Source: Aplysia californica (Eukaryota). Taken from it: DNA of 64,000 bases. A model generated the notes under the pieces. The model did not search any database, was not told the DNA's origin, and saw nothing but the letters and a program-made list of their open reading frames with translations. Location: the NCBI RefSeq assembly GCF_000002075.1, contig NW_004797315.1, forward strand, positions 1,573,133 to 1,637,132. The letters are read 5' to 3'. Made by a program: the position numbers and the translations under genes. Shown here piece after piece: positions 57,201 through 64,000 of the stretch (positions are counted from its first letter, which is position 1; every line of letters begins with the position of its first letter).

Positions 57201-57685
57201 CTAAGATCTTAGAAACCAAACAAGACGCAGGTTGGAACCTCACATCACCTTAAACAACAAAGAAATGGGAAACAAAAACCATTTTGAGCATCAAGGAGCC
57301 AGGCTTGAACAAAACATCAGCTCCACAAAAGAAATAACAAGAATACTAAAGATGACAATAGCAAAAAGTGAATGTAGTAACTCGACACTGAAAATTGTAC
57401 AGGCGTGTATGTTTAAAAGAGCCTCTTGCGGATGCAAAAGAAGAACCATCAACAAAACAGATGGAAAAAAGAATCAACTATATTGACCTGAACTGCTACA
57501 GAAAGACGTTGCGTATTCCCTCCACCAGTAACATGAAAAACACAATAATCCTATAAATATGAGGGAGACAAATAAAAAAAACAATGGACTCTTGAGTACA
57601 ATAAAATTAAAAAACAGAAATATTTCAACCACATAAGGAGACACAGAAGTCCAGAAAAAGAACATAACGATATAAGAATCAGGGG

Positions 57686-57743
<58 letters not shown>

Positions 57744-57923
57744 NNNNNNNNNNNNNNNNNNNNNNNNNNNNNNNNNNNNNNNNNNNNNNNNNNNNNNNNN
57801 NNNNNNNNNNNNNNNNNNNNNNNNNNNNNNNNNNNNNNNNNNNACAACAGCAACAAGAACAATAACAACAACAATTGCAACAACAATAGCAACGACAATA
57901 AAAGCAACAAAATCACCATCACC

Positions 57924-57981
<58 letters not shown>

Positions 57982-58280
57982 GCAGCAGCAACAACTACAG
58001 CAGCAGCAGCAACTGTTGGAGATCAATGAAAGGCAGACAGATAGGCTAATAAATGTACAGTTATTATGCACCAGGGAAAGAGGACAGTGGATGCATAGTT
58101 TGCTCTGTTCAGAGTTTTGTTTTGTTTCGTTTTTGCTTTGTTTTTGTTTTATTTTTGTTGTTGTGTTTTTAATAAAGAAAATTCCCTTGTAAATCAAGGA
58201 TAAAATGGCAACTTCCACACGGCGAGGTTCATATGAAGTAAGGTTTCAACAAAGCCAACGAGAGTAAATATGAGGGGGGG

Positions 58281-58329
<49 letters not shown>

Positions 58330-61300
58330 GATACTGAACAGATGATATCAGTGACTGGTGGATGCCCACAGGATAGCTTGGAATCAAGATGGCTACAATT
58401 AGATGATTTGGGATGCAACAACCCTATGAAAGCCAAGCAAGATGCAAATAGAGAAATTTCGATCATCTAAAATCAAAATTTCATTATGCTTAACAGTTAC
58501 GTTATTTTTCTTTTTCTACCCGTCAATCCCCATCAAATTTCAAGACACAGGTTCTTCACCACACAGTGCAACTAGTATTTATGTATATGATGCATTCTTC
58601 TATCAAATCATAGTACTTCTTATTTTTCATACAGCCAAAAGACATTTTTTTTAACACTTTAAAGACGCGTCAGACAGATTTGTCCGACCAAAAGCAGTTC
58701 AATTCAATGTTGTGGCACATTTCAAGCCCACTTACACAAACCAGAAACACACCATTTGACATTTCATATTAATATAAATGTTGTTGCCAGCCTTTCTAAA
58801 TTTCAGAAAAAGAAAACAGAATTGGAAAATCTGTATGGATATAGCGAAGTTAAGCTTTTCCAAGCATTTGAAAGGGCAGGATTGGCGTCTTCAGTGAGTT
58901 AAAGGGAGTGGGTGTAAGAGTGAGAAAAGGTGTGTGAGTGCATCAGTATGCCTGAGTATGATAGCGTGTACTGGCATGAACCTGGACAAGATCAATATCC
59001 ATCTTGTATAAGTCGAATTTATACACGGGAAATTAAATAAAGGGCTAGAAGTTCGGTATATCTTATGAGTTGGTTTGTCCAGACAGCTATGAGGTAAAGA
59101 ACAGATAGCAAAATCTTAGAAATAAGTCACAATTTCATACCACAACAACTTGATTCCGGTATTCCGGAACATCATAGTCCAAATACCGCGGGTCATCTAT
59201 CTGCAGGAACATGCTACCCGAACCAACGAAGGAACTCACGGCAGGGCTTACACTGTAAGCTGAAGGGTATGGCTGGCTCACAATTTTCACCTCATACTCA
59301 GCATTAGACGGCTACAGGAAAGAAAGAAAAAAAACAAAATAATAAGAAAAGAAAAACTTTGTTGACCTCCCATTGGAATAAACTGACAGTGCACTTTGGT
59401 TAACTTCTGTAACACAAAATAAAAAAGCATAGCTTTATTACAAAATAAGTATCAAACAAACACACATGCACCAAAGAAAATATTGCAGTAAATAAATAGC
59501 AATTAATATTTTTAAAAAGAACCTGCTTTCTCAGTCAATTCTATAAACAAATGATCTCAAGGAAGTTCTAAACAAGAACTGATTTTGAAACAAATTAATG
59601 GAAAAAACTTCAATTAAACAATGAACAAACGAATACTCCAGAATATAAGATTTCCAACAACTTCAAAGATAATTTCAAAGAGAAGAGATCAGATGGGGTC
59701 ACCCTTATGTTAGAGCGGCAGTTGCATCTACGAGGTATTTTATCAGCAGTAGGTCCCTTTGGCACGAAAAAAAAAGTTGTAGCTAAGACTATTACCTCAT
59801 CTCTGTCGAGACAGACAATGTGGAGATCCGCAATCTGCACCTCTTTGTAGTTGGGATCATACGTCTTCTCTGTCACATTGACATAATAAACAGGTTCTTC
59901 GAACTCTGGTGGGTTGTCATTCACATCAGATACAAAAATTGAGTAGGTTGCTGTTGCTGTTGCAGAAGTTTCTGTGGGTGGACTACCAGGTACAGAGTTG
60001 TCCAACTCAATAGCCTTGATAGAAAATTGGTAAAGAGAAAAATAGAATCAAACATTTTCCTCAGTGGAAGGTCTATTGTTGAAAAAATCATCATCTCTGG
60101 TGGGTGTTCTGTACACTGGACTTCATTCTAACAGATTTCGTCAAGTAAAATATTCTTCACTTTAATTAAGAATAACATAAATCTTGCGAACATAATGCAT
60201 ATAAAATATTAAGTAAAGTTTCTGCCAAATCAGTCAAAGACATATATTGGAAGAGAAAGTTAAAGCTTTTTATCTGTAGTATTTATGAGTTGCTATAATA
60301 ATTCGGTAGCTAACAAAAACAGAGTATCTTTATTATTTCTTTAATATTCAAAAACACCCGCAATGTCTTCAACTTTCAGACCCTAAACGTCAAAACAAAA
60401 TTGAAGACAATAGTAAAACCTACCTTAATCACAAATGCATAGGAATTGTCAACAGCCTCCCTATCCAGTTTATTCACAACAATAATACTGGATTCATAAA
60501 CACCAGACTCAGTCAGCGACTCCGTAGTAGTGGTGAGGTTGAAAACACCATACACATCTGAAAGGTATAAACAGAATATAGTAGTAGTATAAGGTTTTAC
60601 GGCGCTCGCAACTGCTAAGGTCATATGAGCGCGCAAACAGAATATACTATGAAATTAAGACATGAAAATTTATGAGCATAATGAGATGTGAGAATTTAAT
60701 TTTTTTAACCTACAAAAGCATACCTTTTTTTTTTCATCTGAATAGAACTTTTCAATCTAGAATGACTGTATATATATGAGGTATCGTGGTGAAATCAGGC
60801 GCTCATCAAAATAATGAAATCGGAGAAATAGGCATTTTTCCGCCAGTTTGGTAAATTTTATTGTGAATTGTTTTTTGGCTCAACGCCTTTTATATCCATT
60901 CAAAAACACGTTTTCGTATCAATAGGACGGAAAAACGTTGGTTAAAGACACAAAGTATGCAATTTTGTAGTTTTCTAAGGCTCTCAAGCTACTGAAGTTA
61001 CAGAATTTTGTCGGACTTTTTCTCCCTAATTATGCTACTGAAACCAGGCAACCCCACCTCCTTCAATCACAAATATCGTGACTTCTATTCAAGACACATG
61101 GGTAATTTTTTTCACGGAAAGCAAAGGCAAATGAATAAGCCGTCAGAAGATATCAACAACTATACATGCCTCAAAATTGACAAGTAGCTGATTCCACCGC
61201 GTCGTGACAGGTATTACTGATAAAACAGAAAATTACCCACTCAGCTTTCCAGGCTGTCTTTTTCAAATTTAAGAACAGCTACTTTGGTCTCATTCAAAGA

Positions 61301-62874
61301 TGTCATCTGTCAAAAACTTTGAATTTGAAAAAAATATGAACATTAAAAAATCCATTTTTCTTCGTGCAAAAAAATGTAACCAGATTTCTCTTTACTATAA
61401 TAGAAAATTCTGTAAAATAACAACACATCTGACATCCAACCAATAGGAATGAGACTCGTGTCAAGATATTACAATCATAAAGCAGAAAAAAATCCTTTGT
61501 CCAGAATAGAGCCGGTCGGCTCCAAACTCTCAACCACATTGAAAGCCTACTGTGCCTCATTGCTATCCCCAAGACTCCCACAACCATACAATAAAAGTAA
61601 CACCTGCAAAATAAAAGAAAGTGAACAAAAAAAGATTGCTGTAAAATAAAAGTTTGCGCACTGACCTTCTACGATTTCCAATTTCACAGGTCTCCTGGCT
61701 CCTGTGTCTCCATCTCTAGCAGACACGGCAAATGACAGCACTGTGTTCTGCATTAGGTCAGGAAGGAAAGGCAGTGTTTCAGTAAAAGATAATGAATGGG
61801 GGCCATTATTAAGCTCTAACGGTAATGCTTTAGTTTATTTTAGTAAGAGTTCTATGGCACTTGCAACACAAATAGGTCATATAAGAGTCAACAATTAGAG
61901 GTATTACTATGGACTTTTTTTTAATTTTATTTCTTAGAGCTTTTTCGGCACTCGCAACTGCATATGGTCATATGAGCGCCAAGGGGTGGATGTCAACAGA
62001 GAAGTCTTTACAGGGAATCAGGCTTACTCTGCTCACCTCTCTAGTTTCAACAGCACAAAGTCTGTTTCGACTTTCAAGGCACCCCAGAAATAGCCGGTCA
62101 CAAGAGTGTGACAAAATACAAAAGAAGTAGAGGAAAAATGACAATAGTAAGGATTAGGAAAAAAAAAAGCAGAAGTTCCCTGTTGTAGATCAAGCACAGT
62201 TATGAGCATGACATTGATGAATCAGCCCATTTACAATTCTACTGTGCATGAACGAGAAATGTCCCCCTTTGGGAATGGCCTAAAGACACTTCAGTCAGTG
62301 GCACTGCCCCGCAGGGTTACTACAGATTAAAATACAAAGAAAAAACCTCAAAAATCTATAATGTTACGCATTTCTCTCCCCATTGAAACTAATATGGAAA
62401 CAAAAAGCACACATAGACCTCTTGTTTCATGTTGGTTTTATGATGCTAGGGCAAGAACTAATAAATTTATGAACCGAGAAAGAGGAAAAACTGGGATTTT
62501 CACATAAATCGCCACTCGCCGGTCGAGTGTAAAACCCCCTAATATTATAGTGAAATCATATAATTTTCACCGACACCTCAGGGTATTCGTCAACGACACT
62601 ATGAGGGCAAACCTATTAAAATATAGCCGGAAAGTTGACAGATCATATCAAAGAGGGTGCTAAAAACTATAGCAAATAAAAGTTGTAGAGCAATAAGGAA
62701 AACTCTGTCAGGGGATGGAGAACAGACAGAGTAACTTACAACTGGGATGTTTTCAGGAACGTTTGTACTGGCACCAGGGTTGGTGAAGACAGGACCAACA
62801 TCCTGAGCATCCACAAGGTTGAACTGAATGTTGGTGGTTGAGGAGAGGTGACTGATTCCAAGACCTGGTCCATC
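21268..62874 (-). CDS. Large non-classical cadherin, Cad87A/Cad88C/cadherin-23-like (spliced, 33 exons in window, 5' end missing)
   Basis: Hand-assembled GT-AG exons keep frame throughout (4,737 nt incl. stop). They show repeated cadherin motifs (DxNDNxP, LDRE/LDYE, AxDxD, AxDxG), a DAQDxGPVF...DGDTG..RP segment typical of CDH23/Cad87A-like proteins, then a non-cadherin membrane-adjacent domain and a TM helix. Confidence 0.93.
21495..22420 (-). mobile_element. degenerate RTE-like LINE remnant (endonuclease end + 3' end)
   Basis: [25 protein letters not shown] resembles the APE C-terminal motif; GKKSRERQ...(GAA)n resembles an RTE 3' end. Confidence 0.65.
22800..22831 (-). CDS. juxtamembrane microexon ([11 protein letters not shown])
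   Basis: 32 nt, TACAG acceptor / GTAAGT donor, basic stop-transfer sequence. Confidence 0.75.
24040..24235. repeat. degenerate (CA)n microsatellite
   Basis: direct reading. Confidence 0.9.
24258..24391 (-). CDS. transmembrane exon (QCYPS...[28 protein letters not shown])
   Basis: ~25-aa hydrophobic stretch, phase 0-2. Confidence 0.9.
24827..24962 (-). CDS. membrane-adjacent-domain exon (TDVCFLASD...YIDRG)
   Basis: phase 2-0. Confidence 0.85.
25339..25425 (-). CDS. membrane-adjacent-domain exon ([13 protein letters not shown]...SNTA)
   Basis: phase 2-2, AG/GT. Confidence 0.8.
26833..26921 (-). CDS. membrane-adjacent-domain exon ([14 protein letters not shown]...PLI)
   Basis: phase 0-2, AG/GT. 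Confidence 0.85.
27890..28203 (-). CDS. cadherin exon, last EC (AIQATG...[10 protein letters not shown]...KQIIS)
   Basis: phase 1-0, 314 nt. Confidence 0.9.
28907..29173 (-). CDS. cadherin exon (CRRG...VDYE...SRRKRAF...DQNDNGPKF...)
   Basis: phase 1-1; contains RRKR. Confidence 0.92.
29604..29739 (-). CDS. cadherin exon ([12 protein letters not shown]...[10 protein letters not shown]...NEY)
   Basis: phase 0-1. Confidence 0.9.
30805..31018 (+). mobile_element. possible LINE ORF2 C-terminal fragment with (GA)n tail
   Basis: ...[18 protein letters not shown]... resembles C-termini of RNaseH-type LINEs; weak. Confidence 0.3.
31154..31291 (-). CDS. cadherin exon (LLVYAQD...DKNDNDATF...CGSG)
   Basis: 138 nt, phase 0-0. 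Confidence 0.9.
32202..32422. mobile_element. TTAA-flanked MITE (Kolobok-like GG end)
   Basis: TTAA-GGACAAGCGGGCTAACCCG ... CGGGATAGCCCCCTTGCGC-TTAA. Confidence 0.65.
32439..32874. mobile_element. family M MITE (inverted; partial duplicate at ~31497-31748)
   Basis: same TIRs and body. Confidence 0.85.
33119..33549. mobile_element. family M MITE (inverted)
   Basis: same TIRs and body. Confidence 0.85.
33700..33891 (-). CDS. cadherin exon (EETNYVV...[11 protein letters not shown])
   Basis: 192 nt, LDRE motif. Confidence 0.9.
34715..34873 (+). mobile_element. RTE LINE 3' fragment (same family as 3902-4283)
   Basis: close match to 4120-4283, (TGA)n tail. Confidence 0.85.
34924..35153 (-). CDS. 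cadherin exon (ALSLFQISP...ARDNG...EDNDGNPRW...APE)
   Basis: phase 1-0. Confidence 0.92.
35382..36082. mobile_element. TTAA-flanked non-autonomous DNA element (Kolobok-like)
   Basis: TTAA-GGGGAGAC ... GTCTTCCC-TTAA. Confidence 0.65.
36680..37315. repeat. 43-bp intronic minisatellite (~15 units)
   Basis: TTGACTTGTTCTATGGGCATGAACACCCTGATAAATATATTCA. Confidence 0.95.
37375..37567 (-). CDS. cadherin exon ([15 protein letters not shown]...[10 protein letters not shown]...)
   Basis: phase 0-1. Confidence 0.92.
37904..38047 (-). CDS. cadherin exon ([17 protein letters not shown]...TSTAV)
   Basis: 144 nt, phase 0-0. Confidence 0.9.
38088..38580 (+). mobile_element. SINE family A copy
   Basis: colinear with 1069-1593; fills most of a 571-nt intron. 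Confidence 0.88.
38619..38771 (-). CDS. cadherin exon (KSYYAEISE...[10 protein letters not shown]...FRK)
   Basis: 153 nt, phase 0-0. Confidence 0.9.
38977..39632. mobile_element. Tc1/mariner-like MITE; inverted partial copy at ~9690-10205
   Basis: imperfect ~45-bp TIRs (AGTGCGGTCAAAAA...CAACTTAT..CAAATAT); body matches the reverse complement of 9690-10205. Confidence 0.65.
40004..40164 (-). CDS. cadherin exon ([13 protein letters not shown]...[11 protein letters not shown])
   Basis: phase 1-0. Confidence 0.92.
40725..41134. mobile_element. family M MITE
   Basis: same body, decayed ends. Confidence 0.8.
41461..41652 (-). CDS. cadherin exon ([17 protein letters not shown]...YFSVTA)
   Basis: phase 1-1; atypical linker. 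Confidence 0.88.
42493..42625 (-). CDS. cadherin exon ([11 protein letters not shown]...[13 protein letters not shown])
   Basis: phase 0-1. Confidence 0.9.
42800..43188 (-). mobile_element. ~390-bp retroposon family B (non-tRNA head, shared hairpin tail)
   Basis: perfect 13-bp TSD TGTAAACTGTGTT (42787-42799 / 43189-43201); two further copies. Confidence 0.85.
43894..44036 (-). CDS. cadherin exon ([17 protein letters not shown]...NYDYT)
   Basis: phase 1-0, AxDPD motif. Confidence 0.9.
44265..44722 (-). mobile_element. SINE family A copy
   Basis: colinear with 1069-1593, small internal deletion. Confidence 0.88.
44785..44911 (-). CDS. cadherin exon ([11 protein letters not shown]...DANNKPPKF...)
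   Basis: phase 0-1. Confidence 0.9.
45740..45918 (-). CDS. cadherin exon ([15 protein letters not shown]...SYDFQ)
   Basis: phase 1-0, FRVDPDTG and FDY motifs. Confidence 0.92.
46099..46417. mobile_element. piggyBac-like MITE
   Basis: (C)TAA-CCCTTTGAGCCCT ... AGGGTTCATAGGG-TTAA. Confidence 0.7.
46608..46965 (-). mobile_element. tRNA-derived SINE family C (CORE-like body, L2-type tail)
   Basis: TGGCCTAGTGG A box, GGTTCGAATCC B box, TGTGTCCTTGGGAAAGGCACTT body, GCGCTATACAAATGC(TAT)n tail. Confidence 0.88.
47494..47566 (-). CDS. cadherin exon ([24 protein letters not shown])
   Basis: phase 0-1, linker motif. Confidence 0.9.
48110..48188 (-). CDS. cadherin exon ([26 protein letters not shown])
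   Basis: ASDGGxP motif, phase 2-0. Confidence 0.92.
49280..49446 (-). CDS. cadherin exon ([15 protein letters not shown]...LDYDTTP...)
   Basis: phase 0-2, LDYD motif. Confidence 0.9.
50075..50258 (-). mobile_element. degenerate family c retroelement 3' end
   Basis: similar to 700-870 (GGAGATAAGGAC, CACACCAGAGCA). Confidence 0.6.
51637..51756 (-). CDS. cadherin exon ([17 protein letters not shown]...PITIT)
   Basis: 120 nt, phase 0-0, linker motif. Confidence 0.9.
52893..53016 (-). CDS. cadherin exon (FSIDSVSG...LDYE...[12 protein letters not shown])
   Basis: LDYE and AxDxG motifs, phase 2-0. Confidence 0.92.
54771..54838 (-). CDS. cadherin exon ([22 protein letters not shown])
   Basis: AxDxDxGxNG motif, phase 0-2. 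Confidence 0.9.
55578..55745 (-). CDS. cadherin exon (LEARELKT...DLNDNTP...LRVF)
   Basis: DLNDNTP motif, 168 nt. Confidence 0.9.
55780..56883 (-). mobile_element. family B copy interrupted by a TTAA MITE
   Basis: 55780-56141 and 56821-56883 together match 42800-43188. Confidence 0.8.
56146..56820. mobile_element. piggyBac-like MITE nested in family B retroposon
   Basis: TTAA TSDs, CTCTT...AAGAG ends, two subterminal CCGATATATCGG palindromes. Confidence 0.75.
57690..58012. repeat. (GA)n, N-gap, (CAA)n/(CAG)n microsatellites
   Basis: direct reading. Confidence 0.9.
58655..58898. mobile_element. piggyBac-like MITE
   Basis: TTAA-CACTTTAAAGACGC ... GCGTCTTCAGTGAG-TTAA. Confidence 0.65.
59141..59311 (-). 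CDS. cadherin exon (PSNAEYEV...[15 protein letters not shown])
   Basis: LDYD motif, 171 nt, phase 0-0. Confidence 0.87.
59796..60014 (-). CDS. cadherin exon (AIELD...DVNDNPPEF...LDRDE)
   Basis: DVNDNPP motif, 219 nt, phase 0-0. Confidence 0.92.
60424..60557 (-). CDS. cadherin exon (DVYGVF...[16 protein letters not shown])
   Basis: LDRE motif, phase 1-0. Confidence 0.9.
60581..60634 (-). mobile_element. 54-bp tail-only retroinsertion
   Basis: perfect 12-bp TSD AAACAGAATATA (60569-60580 / 60635-60646). Confidence 0.85.
60775..61209. mobile_element. family M MITE
   Basis: same TIRs and body. Confidence 0.82.
61666..61747 (-). CDS. cadherin exon ([27 protein letters not shown])
   Basis: AG/GT flanks, 82 nt, phase 0-1. 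Confidence 0.88.
61935..62316 (-). mobile_element. family B copy
   Basis: colinear with 42800-43188, same 5' end. Confidence 0.85.
62740..62874 (-). CDS. cadherin exon (DGPGLG...DAQDVGPVF...ENIPV)
   Basis: AG/GT flanks, 135 nt, phase 0-0. Confidence 0.88.
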
Positions 62875-64000
62875 CTAAAGAATAAATCAGAATCACAAAA
62901 CTTATTACGTCATGTAATCATGAGTATGCAGCACCAAAATTATTATTGACAGATAAAAGAATTAAGTCAACTTTATTTAGGTATACTGAAATACACGAAG
63001 TTCAATATATGGGATTTCCCCTAGCTATTTTGAAGACATCATGAACCCTTTGACAGGTACAAGATAATATTCAAACTGTCCTATTCTACATCCCATCAGC
63101 ACATTTTTCTATTCAAAATAGAGACAACAGTATTTTATCAAACACAATTACATAATCCCCACCGAAAAAATGAAAATTTAAATAGTCTCATGGACATAAC
63201 ACAGAAAAAAACTCACCATCAACAAAAAGACAGATCTATTCAGTAAGAGTCAAGGGTGTAAATGGGAACTTTTGCTGCCCCTCAAATCAGTGTTACCTAT
63301 TGTCCAAACCCTGAAATTTCACCCCAAATGCCGGGGTCCAGGAGCCGGTAAGGCCCCCGTTGGGGTGCAAGAGCAACCTGGTGACAAATATCTTAACACC
63401 AATAACAGAGATTTGTACAGATCCACAGAAAAATTTACATCAATTATAGACCAACACTTTTCTTGAGACGAAAGAAAAAAAACTATAAGAAAACACGCGA
63501 CCTACAATTTTACTGTCATACAATCACGTCGGGGATTTGAAAGTTGCCCGTGAAAGAACAAACAAGTGCAAATTTCCTTCCAACCCCAAGACATAGGCCT
63601 ATTGCCATCGTTATCAAAGATCTTGATGATCTTGATAGCAGGATACCTGGACCTATTGTTCCAATGGAACTGTTTTCCACGACTAGTAAAAAGAGTGCTG
63701 AAAAGGNNNNNNNNNNNNNNNNNNNNNNNNNNNNNNNNNNNNNNNNNNNNNNNNNNNNNNNNNNNNNNNNNNNNNNNNNNNNNNNNNNNNNNNNNNNNNN
63801 NNNNNNNNNNNNNNNNNNNNNNNNNNNNNNNNNNNNNNNNNNNNNNNNNNNNNNTCTTTTTAAATCCTGAAGTATCACGTCAAGCATTCCTGGTCCAAGT
63901 GTCTAACACCTCTCCCCCTCCCGATAGGTCCCGAAAGATGTTTTAACCAGTGTGCTTGAACTTTTAAGTTGACCCCGTCAACGGACGGTCCCCAACACAC

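Noticed and set aside
57487-57535. Possible extra cadherin exon ([14 protein letters not shown])
   Set aside because: No acceptor AG, and flanking exons already give a complete repeat.
59235-59240. GTGAG donor inside exon 59141-59311
   Set aside because: Using it would delete the LDYD strand of the repeat; the frame stays open to the GTATG donor at 59140.
63516-63946. ORFs at the right edge as upstream cadherin exons
   Set aside because: They span an N gap and lack cadherin motifs.

Overview
Eukaryotic (invertebrate, probably lophotrochozoan/mollusc-like) draft genomic DNA with three N-gaps. One protein-coding gene dominates. It is a large non-classical cadherin (Cad87A/Cad88C/CDH23-type) on the minus strand. 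I traced 33 phase-consistent GT-AG exons from 62874 down to 21268 (~1,578 aa). They encode 12 complete cadherin repeats plus part of another, a membrane-adjacent domain, a TM helix and a very short tail. The 5' end lies beyond the window. Introns and intergenic DNA are packed with SINEs, RTE-LINE remnants and many MITE families with readable TIRs/TSDs. The left 15.5 kb holds a ~2 kb inverted duplication that brackets a ~210-bp satellite array (hit by four clean TE insertions) and a ~197-bp array. Most notable are (i) several unrelated retroposons sharing one ~45-nt 3' hairpin tail, including a ~390-bp family with a fixed, structured, non-tRNA 5' head, and (ii) a furin-type RRKR loop, a Ca2+-motif-less linker and a minimal/alternative cytoplasmic tail in the cadherin. 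All alignments, identities and folds were judged by eye.
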